DNA from: a virus
Length of the DNA stretch: 64,000 nucleotides
IMG/VR virus record: IMGVR_UViG_3300045988_092303
Reading direction: 5' to 3' (one strand)
Shown: positions 1 through 7,585 of the stretch, piece by piece
Layout of the letters: each line of letters starts with the position of its first letter
Numbering within the stretch: the stretch's first letter is position 1
Made by a program: the position numbers and the translations under genes
The notes under the pieces: generated by a model
The model's database searches: none
Told to the model about the DNA's origin: nothing
What the model saw: only the letters and a program-made list of their open reading frames with translations

Positions 1-778
1 ATTTTTTTTGCAGGCGTTTGGATAAAGATTGATCGCTTATTCCGATTTCTGCGGCCCATTCATGAAGAGTCTTTGAAACTCCGTTATGTTCAATGATTCT
101 GTTTGTTGACTTGTTTGTAGATTGAATTTTGGAATCAGCCCATCTGCAATTTTCTGGACAGTAATTTTTATCATTGTTTATTCGGTCTAAGGAAAAGCCA
201 TTTGGTCTTCCTCCGACAGAAATAGACCACGAAACAAAACTCCAAAAATTATGCCATTCATTGCACACTTTGATTCCTCTAGCGCCATACCGGTAAAATT
301 TTGGGTGATTTGGATTTTCGCATCTTCCAAGCATGTTTTTCCAAAGTCCATAAAGTTCGTTGGCGCTTCTCCCGTCCAAGTAGTTTGGACTGTTTTTGAG
401 CAAGCAACCGCAACTTTTTATAGATCCTTTTTTGAATTGATATGGTAAAACTTCTGTAGTTTTACCACAATCGCATAGACAAATTAGCTTTGTTCTTCCC
501 TTTGGCTCTTTGTGTGTGGAAACAACAGTTAAAAGATTATTTCTTTTTCCGATGTAGTCTTCCGGCTTTATTCTTGCGGGAGACTCGTTAGAAAACAAAC
601 ATTTTCCGCAGGATTTCTGATGTCCTTTTATAACTAGGTCAGGAGCGAGAGAGATTTCTCTTCCGCAGTCACATAGAAACAAAAAACAATTAGGAACATT
701 TGACTCAATAGCTTTTCCTAAAATTTTTAGGTGACCATATTTTTTGCCAATATAGTCTTCAATTTTGTATTTGAGCAT
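1..778 (-). CDS. Homing-endonuclease-like DNA-binding protein with degenerate HNH_3-like motif, paralog 1 of 3; 3' end runs off window
   Basis: Own minus-strand translation from ATG at 778, SD AGGTG upstream. Motifs ELYGLWKNMLGRC, YGARGIKVCNEW, LDRINNDKNYCPENCRW, C-terminal HTH-like EWAAEIGIS. Absent from ORF track because no stop lies in the window. Confidence 0.6.
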   Translation of the reverse strand, partial: MLKYKIEDYIGKKYGHLKILGKAIESNVPNCFLFLCDCGREISLAPDLVIKGHQKSCGKCLFSNESPARIKPEDYIGKRNNLLTVVSTHKEPKGRTKLICLCDCGKTTEVLPYQFKKGSIKSCGCLLKNSPNYLDGRSANELYGLWKNMLGRCENPNHPKFYRYGARGIKVCNEWHNFWSFVSWSISVGGRPNGFSLDRINNDKNYCPENCRWADSKIQSTNKSTNRIIEHNGVSKTLHEWAAEIGISDQSLSKRLQKK

Positions 779-960
779 AAAAATAACACCTGTCCTTTCA
801 GTGTAAATGTCCTATACAAGTTTTATGTACGGAAACTGTTAGGACAAACAGCTTTCGGGAGCTACCCTATCCGTACACAAATATTATACAACAAGTTTTA
901 TAAAAAAGATACTAATTTCTTGCAAGAATTAAGTATATATCAATTTCAGGAGGTAAAATC

Positions 961-1728
961 ATGTTTAATTCAAACACACCTTTTACAATGCCGGTAACTC
1001 CTGCTTATGGCAACGGAGGAGATGGCTTTGGAGATGGCAATGGATGGTGGATCATCCTGTTTGTTCTGTTTTTCGTATTCGGAGGATGGGGCAATGGAGG
1101 CTGGGGAGGAAACGGTTCCAACTCTAGCTATTATACGGATTCTGCGATCCAGCGTGGTTTTGATAACCAGGCAGTTATCAGCAAACTTGATGGAATTTCT
1201 AATGGATTGTGTGATGGTTTTTATGCCGTGAATAACGGTATGCTTAACGGATTCAATGGAATCAACACAAACATCATGCAGACCGGATTTGGAATCCAGC
1301 AGGCAATCAATGCAGATACCGTTGCCAATATGCAGAACACCAATGCATTGCAGGCACAGCTTGCAAATTGCTGCTGCGAAACCCGTGAAGCTATTCAGGG
1401 TGTAAACTACAACATGGCACAGAATACCTGCGCTTTGCAGAACACCATGAACAGCAACACCAGAGACATCATCGACAGTCAGAATGCAGGAACCCGTGCA
1501 ATCCTTGACTATCTGTGCCAGGAGAAAATCTCTGCTCTTCAGGCAGAGAATAATGATCTTCGTCGGGCAGCTTCTCAGGATCGCCAGAGCGCACTGCTTT
1601 CCACTGCAATGTCTGCTCAGACACAGCAGATCATTGATGCGGTACGTCCAACACCGGTTCCATCATATCCGGCATCTAACCTTTATGGTTATGCAGGTTG
1701 CGGATGCAACACCGGCTGCGGATGCTGA
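961..1728 (+). CDS. Membrane protein of unknown function: Gly/Trp-rich YjcZ-like N-terminal TM segment, Q/N-rich middle, Cys-rich C-terminus (GCGCNTGCGC)
   Basis: ORF track; SD AGGAGG before ATG; hairpin terminator follows. Confidence 0.7.
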   Translation: MFNSNTPFTMPVTPAYGNGGDGFGDGNGWWIILFVLFFVFGGWGNGGWGGNGSNSSYYTDSAIQRGFDNQAVISKLDGISNGLCDGFYAVNNGMLNGFNGINTNIMQTGFGIQQAINADTVANMQNTNALQAQLANCCCETREAIQGVNYNMAQNTCALQNTMNSNTRDIIDSQNAGTRAILDYLCQEKISALQAENNDLRRAASQDRQSALLSTAMSAQTQQIIDAVRPTPVPSYPASNLYGYAGCGCNTGCGC

Positions 1729-1785
1729 CAACAGAATAATTGTAACTTAACCAAACAGGTTATGTCTGCATAGCAGAATTACACA

Positions 1786-1815
1786 GGGCAGGCTTAACGG
1801 TCTGCCCTTATCATT
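1786..1815 (+). terminator. Hairpin GGGCAG..CTGCCC with weak T tract
   Basis: Stem read directly from sequence. Confidence 0.45.
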
Positions 1816-1831
1816 TATGGAGGTAAATATT

Positions 1832-2254
1832 ATGGCTGAATTTGTAACTGTAGCTGCTCAGGAAGTAGCGCAGAACGGGAATGTGGTTTTTTCAAACACA
1901 GCGGTAAAAGCAGGAAACTGCATCAAACACCGGGAAGGTTCCGGCATTATCACTTTAAGAGGACTTACTAACCAGTGCCGGGCAAGATATTTTGTGGAGT
2001 TTTCCGCAAATATCGCAGTACCGGCAGGCGGAACAGCAGGTGAAATTTCTCTGGCAATCGCAATCAGTGGAGAACCGGTTCTTTCTTCACAGATGCGTTC
2101 CACTCCGGCAGCAGTATCGCAGTATAACAACGTGTCCGCTGGAATCTATGTAGATGTACCGGCAGGATGTTGCGTGAACATTGCGATTGAAAATACCAGT
2201 ACGCAAGCTATTGAAGTAGCAAATGCCAATATCGTTGTAACGAGGGAGGCGTAA
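1832..2254 (+). CDS. Small beta-rich protein, possibly C1q/TNF-like (BclA C-terminal-like) fold; function unknown
   Basis: ORF track. The ATG at 1832 follows GGAGG; the ATG at 1817 is part of that SD. Fold guess is by eye only. Confidence 0.5.
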   Translation: MAEFVTVAAQEVAQNGNVVFSNTAVKAGNCIKHREGSGIITLRGLTNQCRARYFVEFSANIAVPAGGTAGEISLAIAISGEPVLSSQMRSTPAAVSQYNNVSAGIYVDVPAGCCVNIAIENTSTQAIEVANANIVVTREA

Positions 2255-2259
2255 AAGCT

Positions 2260-2907
2260 ATGGATGTTAAGAGAATGTATTGCATGACTGAAAAACTGGC
2301 TGAATGCGCCGAAAAGCAGTTTGATGCTGGAATTGAAAATATTGACACTGCCGAGATGGGACAGGTTGTAGACATGATGAAAGATCTGTCGGAAGCAATG
2401 TACTATCGGGAGCTGACAAAAGCCATGCAGGAATTTGATGCAGAAGATGTAATGGAAATGCTTGACCGTTACGGAGATGGACGGAAGTTTTACGATCATT
2501 ACCGGTATGCAGATGGCAGATTTGCACCGAAAGGCCGCGGAACATACCGTCGTGGCTACGAGGAGCCGCCCTACTACCACATGACGCCGGAAATGTACCG
2601 GAACATGGAGCAGTACCGGGATACGGACAGAGGTTCTGGCAGAATGTACTATACGGAGCCGTCTATGAGTTCTGACTCTGTTAGCCACATGGAGAGCCGG
2701 TATGATATGGCAAAGCGTAATTATACCGAGAGCAAAGAGCTTCACCGGGGCAACACACCGGATGATAAGGAACACAAAATGAAAGAACTGGAAAAGTACA
2801 TGCGTGAGATTGGTTCTGACATTGCAGAAGTGATTTCTGATGCATCACCGGAGGAAAAGACTCTTCTCAAACAAAAACTGCAGGTTATCATGCAGAAAAT
2901 CCAGTAA
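2260..2907 (+). CDS. Hypothetical Met/Tyr/Arg-rich protein
   Basis: ORF track; strong terminator follows. Confidence 0.6.
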   Translation: MDVKRMYCMTEKLAECAEKQFDAGIENIDTAEMGQVVDMMKDLSEAMYYRELTKAMQEFDAEDVMEMLDRYGDGRKFYDHYRYADGRFAPKGRGTYRRGYEEPPYYHMTPEMYRNMEQYRDTDRGSGRMYYTEPSMSSDSVSHMESRYDMAKRNYTESKELHRGNTPDDKEHKMKELEKYMREIGSDIAEVISDASPEEKTLLKQKLQVIMQKIQ

Positions 2908-2914
2908 AAAGTGC

Positions 2915-2945
2915 AGGGTGGTGCGGTTTTGCATCACCCTTTTTG
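2915..2945 (+). terminator. Intrinsic terminator
   Basis: AGGGTGGTGC / GCATCACCCT stem followed by TTTTT. Confidence 0.8.
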
Positions 2946-2955
2946 AGGTGCAATT

Positions 2956-3276
2956 ATGTTTGAAATCAATGGAGTAAAATGGAACATAGAATTTGTCAAG
3001 GTAACAAGTCCATTTCTGACGCGCTCTGACGGCTCACAAAGTGTTGGAGTGACAGATGCCAATACTTCTACGGTTTACCTGTCAAACCGGATTAAAGGGG
3101 CATTTCTGCGCCGTGTGTTGGCACATGAATTGTGCCATTGTTTCTGTTTTTCTTTCAACATACATATGCCAATGGAGCAGGAAGAATATCTGGCAGACTG
3201 GGTGAGCCTTTATGGAACAGATTTGATCTACTTGCTGGATGATTTGATGGGAAGTTTGAAAAGGAAATTTGCATAA
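2956..3276 (+). CDS. Small HExxH metallopeptidase-like protein (ImmA/SprT-like motif AHELCH)
   Basis: ORF track; HELCH motif; SD GAGGTG. Confidence 0.5.
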   Translation: MFEINGVKWNIEFVKVTSPFLTRSDGSQSVGVTDANTSTVYLSNRIKGAFLRRVLAHELCHCFCFSFNIHMPMEQEEYLADWVSLYGTDLIYLLDDLMGSLKRKFA

Positions 3277-3501
3277 AAATGCAAAAAGTTTTTTCTATTT
3301 TTTCAAAAATTTCCACGGCAAAAAAATACCCCCCTATATCTCATTTTTTCATCCAAAAATCGGTTACAGGGTCGGTAAAAAAGTGGTGAAATTTTGCGAA
3401 AATTTTTCTGAAATTTCCTTGTCACGGAAGGTGAGAAGGCTGACCTCGATGGTCTCCGGCTTTGCTCCGGTGTAATGCGGCAAATAATCAAGTTTTAATT
3501 T

Positions 3502-3558
3502 TCCCGGATATGTCCCGGCATCCTGCTTTATGGGCATAGAATCACCGGGAACCGGGAC
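3502..3558. repeat. 57-bp imperfect palindrome with four TCCCGG/CCGGGA half sites
   Basis: TCCCGG at 3502 and 3513; CCGGGA at 3545 and 3552; nested TATGggCATA centre; no U tract on either side. Confidence 0.6.
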
Positions 3559-3573
3559 AGGGATAAAATAATA

Positions 3574-3696
3574 TTATAATCGTACACCAAGAGCACCGAA
3601 AACGTCAATGGCTTTTTTCGTCCGGGCATAGTATACCCGTCGATCTGCTGCGATCTGGGCAGACTTTTCCCGCTGTATTAAGTTGTCAATGTACAT
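3574..3696 (-). CDS. Hypothetical 40-aa protein (MYIDNLIQREKSAQ...)
   Basis: Own translation; below the ORF-track size cutoff. Confidence 0.3.
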   Translation of the reverse strand: MYIDNLIQREKSAQIAADRRVYYARTKKAIDVFGALGVRL

Positions 3697-3730
3697 ATGA
3701 GCATCAGAAAAAGGGTGGACAAAATCCACC

Positions 3731-3997
3731 CTAAACCATGCAGAAATCACCGGGAAAGCCGGTTGTAACGATCATTTTCCCATCTGGACGGCGGTAAACA
3801 ACCCCGCACCCGTCCGCATAAGTTGACCATACAAGCCAGCCTGACGGCGTGAGGTTTTTGCCGGTCTTGTAATCCCGGAACGCATAACGCGGAGAAATCC
3901 CGCTTTTTTCCTGCTCCAGTGCGTTGTTGATTGCCTGTGATTCTGTCACGAGCTGCACACCGTCGCGAGTGTGCAAAACATAATTTCTTTCTTTCAT
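3731..3997 (-). CDS. Hypothetical protein
   Basis: ORF track; in a same-strand run of small genes. Confidence 0.55.
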   Translation of the reverse strand: MKERNYVLHTRDGVQLVTESQAINNALEQEKSGISPRYAFRDYKTGKNLTPSGWLVWSTYADGCGVVYRRPDGKMIVTTGFPGDFCMV

Positions 3998-4066
3998 TTC
4001 CTTTTCTCCTTTTCAATTTCATAAAACCGCCGCCGGTAGTGATCCGGCGGACATCCTCTGCGGCGG

Positions 4067-4276
4067 CTAATTCAAACAGTTTTCAATATCTTTCGCAAGG
4101 TGCGGAAATGCTTTTTCTATGTCTTGCACGCTGTCGGCGTAATAATCACCAACAATTTTCCCAAAAATGCGAAGATTGCCGGAATAAAATCCGCCTAAGT
4201 CATTAAAATATATGTCTAATCCTGTCACCTGTTCCGGCTTGTCTCCATACCACATATCAATATTTGTTTTTCCCAT
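4067..4276 (-). CDS. Hypothetical small acidic protein
   Basis: ORF track. The second ATG is preferred because the first ATG (ATGGAGGAA) is itself the SD. Confidence 0.55.
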   Translation of the reverse strand: MGKTNIDMWYGDKPEQVTGLDIYFNDLGGFYSGNLRIFGKIVGDYYADSVQDIEKAFPHLAKDIENCLN

Positions 4277-4290
4277 TTTTATTTCCTCCA

Positions 4291-4467
4291 TTATGCTTTT
4301 CTATATCCGTTTTCAGCGGCGTATTTTTCAAGGTCTTCCAGCGTTTCAAACGTTGCCACGATTCCACCAAATCCTTTGGCGATTCGGTCAATGGTGTATA
4401 TACCGCAGTCATGCAGACACGCACAAAATTTCATGTTTCCTTTTTTGAGCAAAAACAATTTTTTCAT
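4291..4467 (-). CDS. Hypothetical small protein
   Basis: ORF track; same ATGGAGGAAgtgaaaATG arrangement as its neighbour. Confidence 0.55.
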   Translation of the reverse strand: MKKLFLLKKGNMKFCACLHDCGIYTIDRIAKGFGGIVATFETLEDLEKYAAENGYRKA

Positions 4468-4549
4468 TTTCACTTCCTCCATATTCTCAATTTTTCCCGT
4501 TTCCGGGTAAAAGCAAGCCGGGGAGTCGAACCCCGGGGAACCGCCCTTG

Positions 4550-4627
4550 CTAAATTTTTCCGGTGATGATCTCCCAGGAATACCGGAGACCGTAGCCGAT
4601 TATGAGCCAAAAAAGAAAGTCTGCCAT
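4550..4627 (-). CDS. 25-aa hydrophobic peptide (MADFLFWLIIGYGL...)
   Basis: Own translation; SD CAGGAGG upstream. Confidence 0.35.
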   Translation of the reverse strand: MADFLFWLIIGYGLRYSWEIITGKI

Positions 4628-4641
4628 GTTGTCGCCTCCTG

Positions 4642-4779
4642 TTATTCTACAAATTTTTCCAGCTCTTCATCTGTCATGCTGTCCACTTTTCTTCTTGCTG
4701 TGATCGGTTCCAGTTCCATTTCTCCGACAAAGTAAGCAAAGACGATGCTTTCTAAAACGTGTCTATCTTCTCTATTCAT
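4642..4779 (-). CDS. Hypothetical 45-aa protein (MNREDRHVLESIVF...)
   Basis: Own translation; SD GGAAGGGA upstream. Confidence 0.4.
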   Translation of the reverse strand: MNREDRHVLESIVFAYFVGEMELEPITARRKVDSMTDEELEKFVE

Positions 4780-4857
4780 ATTTTCCCTTCCTGGTCTGCC
4801 ATCATCAGCACCGGGAGACCGTCCCGCGGTGGACGCCCTGACGGGCGTTTCGGCTTG

Positions 4858-5460
4858 TTAGTCGCAGATATACGACCATGCATTTACTTTACTAGTCCCG
4901 TATCTTTTCAAATATGAATCGACACGCTTTGCAAATGCTTTCCGGACTTCATAAAGTCCGGCAATGATTATTTCAATTTCTTCTTTTCCGCATTTTTTCA
5001 AGTCCCGGCAGTTGCTCCAATATCCCGGTTCATATTCCGGATTCTGTGAAATCCTGCACACGCTATAATTTTTTAATCGTGATCCGTTTTCCTGCCCGTA
5101 ATAATGGAGTGATGTATAAACTTCATACTCTCCATTAAGAGCCTTTTTAAGTTTTTCAATCTGGCTGTTGATCTCTTCCAGATTTTTTTCTTTGAAGTAG
5201 CTTTCTGAAGTTCTTGCATGTTTAACCATGCTTTCAGCGGCTGCCATTTCCTCATCCGTTGCGCTGGCATACATTCCGGCACCATAGCAAAAATCTTTTT
5301 TTATTGATGGCTTTTCAAAATCAATGATCGAGCCATCCGGCAGCTCCACAACATATGCAAGTTTCTTCCTTGCATAGTCTTGCATGTGTGGATCATCTGC
5401 CCATACTTCCTTTTTAATAATGTCCATATAGATTTCTTTCAATTCCTTTTGATTTTTCAT
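4858..5460 (-). CDS. Hypothetical 200-aa protein, first gene of the leftward early operon
   Basis: ORF track; SD GGAGGAGG upstream; operator-containing promoter upstream. Confidence 0.65.
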   Translation of the reverse strand: MKNQKELKEIYMDIIKKEVWADDPHMQDYARKKLAYVVELPDGSIIDFEKPSIKKDFCYGAGMYASATDEEMAAAESMVKHARTSESYFKEKNLEEINSQIEKLKKALNGEYEVYTSLHYYGQENGSRLKNYSVCRISQNPEYEPGYWSNCRDLKKCGKEEIEIIIAGLYEVRKAFAKRVDSYLKRYGTSKVNAWSYICD

Positions 5461-5507
5461 TTTTCTTTTCCTCCTCCGGTGTTTCCGGTTCTTTATTTGA
5501 TGGTTTT

Positions 5508-5536
5508 ATTATATAACTAAAAAAAGTTATTGTCAA
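5508..5536 (-). promoter_or_regulatory. Leftward sigma70-type promoter with operator O1 (ATAACT-N6-AGTTAT, 5513-5530) filling the spacer
   Basis: On the minus strand: TTGACA, 17 nt, TATAAT. Confidence 0.6.
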
Positions 5537-5544
5537 TATAAAAT

Positions 5545-5597
5545 GCAACTTTTTTTAGTTATTTTTAATTGACTTTTTCGGATAAAAATATTATCAT
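5545..5597 (+). promoter_or_regulatory. Half-degenerate operator O2 (5545-5562) plus rightward promoter of the HTH gene
   Basis: gcAACT-T6-AGTTAT; TTGACT (5569), 17 nt, TATCAT (5592). Confidence 0.5.
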
Positions 5598-5622
5598 CTA
5601 TACATAAGGAGGAAATGCAAAA

Positions 5623-5868
5623 ATGATTCGTTTCAAATTTGACGTTGCCGGAGCACTGAAAACCGCAGGAATGACAGCATACAAGGCACAAAAAACAGGT
5701 ATTATATCACAGGATACATGGAGAAAAATAAAGGAAAATAACGCAAATATAAGTATGAAATCATTGAATAATATATGCGCCGTTCTGAATATGCAGCCGG
5801 AGCACTTAATATATTATGAAAAGGATGCGGCAGAGGAAAAAGAAATAAAAGAAAAACTTGAATTATAG
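5623..5868 (+). CDS. XRE/Cro-type helix-turn-helix regulator (81 aa)
   Basis: ORF track; HTH-like ISMKSLNNICAVLNMQPEHLI; flanked by repeated palindromic operators. Confidence 0.7.
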   Translation: MIRFKFDVAGALKTAGMTAYKAQKTGIISQDTWRKIKENNANISMKSLNNICAVLNMQPEHLIYYEKDAAEEKEIKEKLEL

Positions 5869-5870
5869 TA

Positions 5871-5899
5871 TTGACAATATAACTAAAATAAGTTATTAT
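5871..5899 (+). promoter_or_regulatory. Rightward promoter with operator O3 (ATAACT-N6-AGTTAT, 5879-5896) in the spacer
   Basis: TTGACA (5871), 17 nt, TATTAT (5894); nested palindrome GACAATAT..ATATTGTC. Confidence 0.6.
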
Positions 5900-5946
5900 A
5901 ATATTGTCGAAAGGCAATAGGCAAAAGCCGGAAAGGAAGGTAAAAG

Positions 5947-6117
5947 ATGCAAGACATGAACGAAAACGAGATGAAACAAGTAGCACTTGAGAAGTTCGCA
6001 GCAATCCAGAGAATTAAAAAGTACGGACAAGAAGAACTTGAGTATCAAGAAAAACTTGTCCGGGCAGAGCTTCAAAATCTGGGAATCAGTACAGAAGATC
6101 TTGAGCTGAGCAAGTAA
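5947..6117 (+). CDS. Hypothetical 56-aa coiled protein
   Basis: Own translation (MQDMNENEMKQVALEKF...); SD GGAAGG; below track cutoff. Confidence 0.5.
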   Translation: MQDMNENEMKQVALEKFAAIQRIKKYGQEELEYQEKLVRAELQNLGISTEDLELSK

Positions 6118-6162
6118 CACCACCGGGGCGGGCAACCGCCCCACATGAAAGGAGAAGGAAAC

Positions 6163-6342
6163 ATGAGAAAAAATATAAACCAGATCACAGCTGACAAGCT
6201 GGATAAAATGGAGCTATCAGAAAGGGCTAGAAATATCATAGCACAGACGGATATAAACGTCATGGAAGAGTGTTTCGGAGGACTGGAGACAGCCGAAGAA
6301 GTAGAAACATATATCCGGGAAGAATACCCGGAAGAGGAATAA
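6163..6342 (+). CDS. Hypothetical acidic protein
   Basis: ORF track; ATG at 6163 follows AAAGGAGAAGG. Confidence 0.55.
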   Translation: MRKNINQITADKLDKMELSERARNIIAQTDINVMEECFGGLETAEEVETYIREEYPEEE

Positions 6343-6366
6343 AAAGCAAAGAGAAGGAGAAGGAAA

Positions 6367-6678
6367 ATGGCAAACTGGAAATTGAACTTTGAAAAATTAG
6401 AAAATGCATTTAAAGAAGCGAGAAAAAACGGTTATGAGCCGGTTTATAGGATATGCGAGGGAATAACACAGTATTCTGTTAGTGTAGATTCAGAAGCAAC
6501 CGGGAAAAGCGTATACAGCCAGAATACAGGCGACTGGTCGGAAATCGTGGACTTCTGCGCTACGCATTGCAACCCGGGTTATGATCTGATTTCTGGACTC
6601 GGATGCACTGATGACGAACTGACAGAAGCAACTATGAATTATATTCATAGTCTTGGCAAAAAATGTAAATACGAATAA
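6367..6678 (+). CDS. Hypothetical protein
   Basis: ORF track; SD GAAGGAGAAGG. Confidence 0.6.
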   Translation: MANWKLNFEKLENAFKEARKNGYEPVYRICEGITQYSVSVDSEATGKSVYSQNTGDWSEIVDFCATHCNPGYDLISGLGCTDDELTEATMNYIHSLGKKCKYE

Positions 6679-6684
6679 TAAAAA

Positions 6685-6709
6685 AGCAGCGGTTTCTAGC
6701 TGCTTTTTT
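6685..6709 (+). terminator. Intrinsic terminator
   Basis: AGCAGC / GCTGCT stem followed by T6. Confidence 0.85.
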
Positions 6710-6946
6710 AGTGAAATAATGAATTTTCAACTCAACGTTTCCAGCAGGGCAGAAACGACACACAGCAACCCCATGCGCTGCTGATAGGCTCCTGCATGAT
6801 CTGGCAACCATGCAGGAAAGAAAGTACCCAAATTATAAATAATTCGGAATAACTTCACCGATTAAAAAATATCACATTTTTTGATTTTTGTCAACTTCTT
6901 AAGCCGTCCAGAAATGGGCGGTTTTTCTATGCCAGGATGATAATAG

Positions 6947-7093
6947 TTATATATAAGAATATTATATAAACATGCTATATAACAATTTATATGAATATTT
7001 ATATAAAAATTTATATATACATTTATATAAAAAAGATATATAATAATTTATATAAGTTGCTTATATAAGAAATCTATATAAATATTTATATGC
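6947..7093. repeat. Array of about 12 phased TTATATAA-like repeats spaced about 11-12 bp
   Basis: Read directly: TATATAAG, TATATAAA, TATATAAC, TATATGAA and similar, ending at the SD of the Arc-like gene. Confidence 0.8.
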
Positions 7094-7109
7094 TATGGAG
7101 GGCGAAAAG

Positions 7110-7355
7110 ATGGCAAATACAGCAGATTACACAAGAAGAGCTATTGACAAATACCGGGCGAAATTCGACATTATACAGATCAAGGCACCGAAGGGAACAA
7201 AGGAACGTATAACAACGTTGAGCGGTCAGAGCATGGCGGCTTTCTGTTTGCAATGCGTTCTTGATCGTCTGGACGAGCTGGAAAGATCAGAAACGGCACC
7301 GGAACATGAACAACCAGCAAATACACCAACGAATAGCAAAGCAGACCAGCGGTAA
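7110..7355 (+). CDS. Arc/MetJ-type ribbon-helix-helix DNA-binding protein
   Basis: ORF track; pattern YTRRAIDKYRAKFDIIQIKAPKGTKERI..SMAAFCLQCVLDRL; ATG at 7110 follows GGAGGG. Confidence 0.55.
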   Translation: MANTADYTRRAIDKYRAKFDIIQIKAPKGTKERITTLSGQSMAAFCLQCVLDRLDELERSETAPEHEQPANTPTNSKADQR

Positions 7356-7381
7356 AAATTCCGGTTTAGGTCTGCTTTTTG
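7341..7381 (+). terminator. Intrinsic terminator overlapping the gene end
   Basis: GCAGACC / GGTCTGC stem followed by T5. Confidence 0.6.
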
Positions 7382-7410
7382 TGTGCAAAAAACCGGCAGT
7401 CCTCGCGCGA

Positions 7411-7527
7411 ATAATATAAACCTTTTATACAGTCTATAAGTATATATAATATATAATACGTCTATAGATCTATGGGTCTTCTGAGGTAAAAGTAGTATAT
7501 ATATTTATATATAGGGCAGTATATAAG
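7411..7527. repeat. Second TATA/TCTATA-rich repeat block
   Basis: TCTATAAGTATATATAATATATAATACGTCTATAGATCTATGGG ... GTATATATATTTATATATAGGGCAGTATATAAG. Confidence 0.7.
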
Positions 7528-7550
7528 ACCGGAAGATAAATAAAATAGTA

Positions 7551-7579
7551 TTGACAAATTGAAAGATTATGGATATTAT
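7551..7579 (+). promoter_or_regulatory. Sigma70-type promoter of leader L1 and terS
   Basis: TTGACA, 17 nt, TATTAT. Confidence 0.65.
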
Positions 7580-7585
7580 TATAAC

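Noticed and set aside
2146-2775. 209-aa minus-strand ORF
   Set aside because: It is antisense to the well-supported 2260-2907 gene, His/Arg/Cys-rich and low complexity, and has no SD.
3269-3491. 62-68-aa ORFs on both strands in the 3277-3573 gap
   Set aside because: They are low complexity (poly-A/T derived Lys/Phe runs), lack SDs and overlap each other. The region is treated as non-coding.
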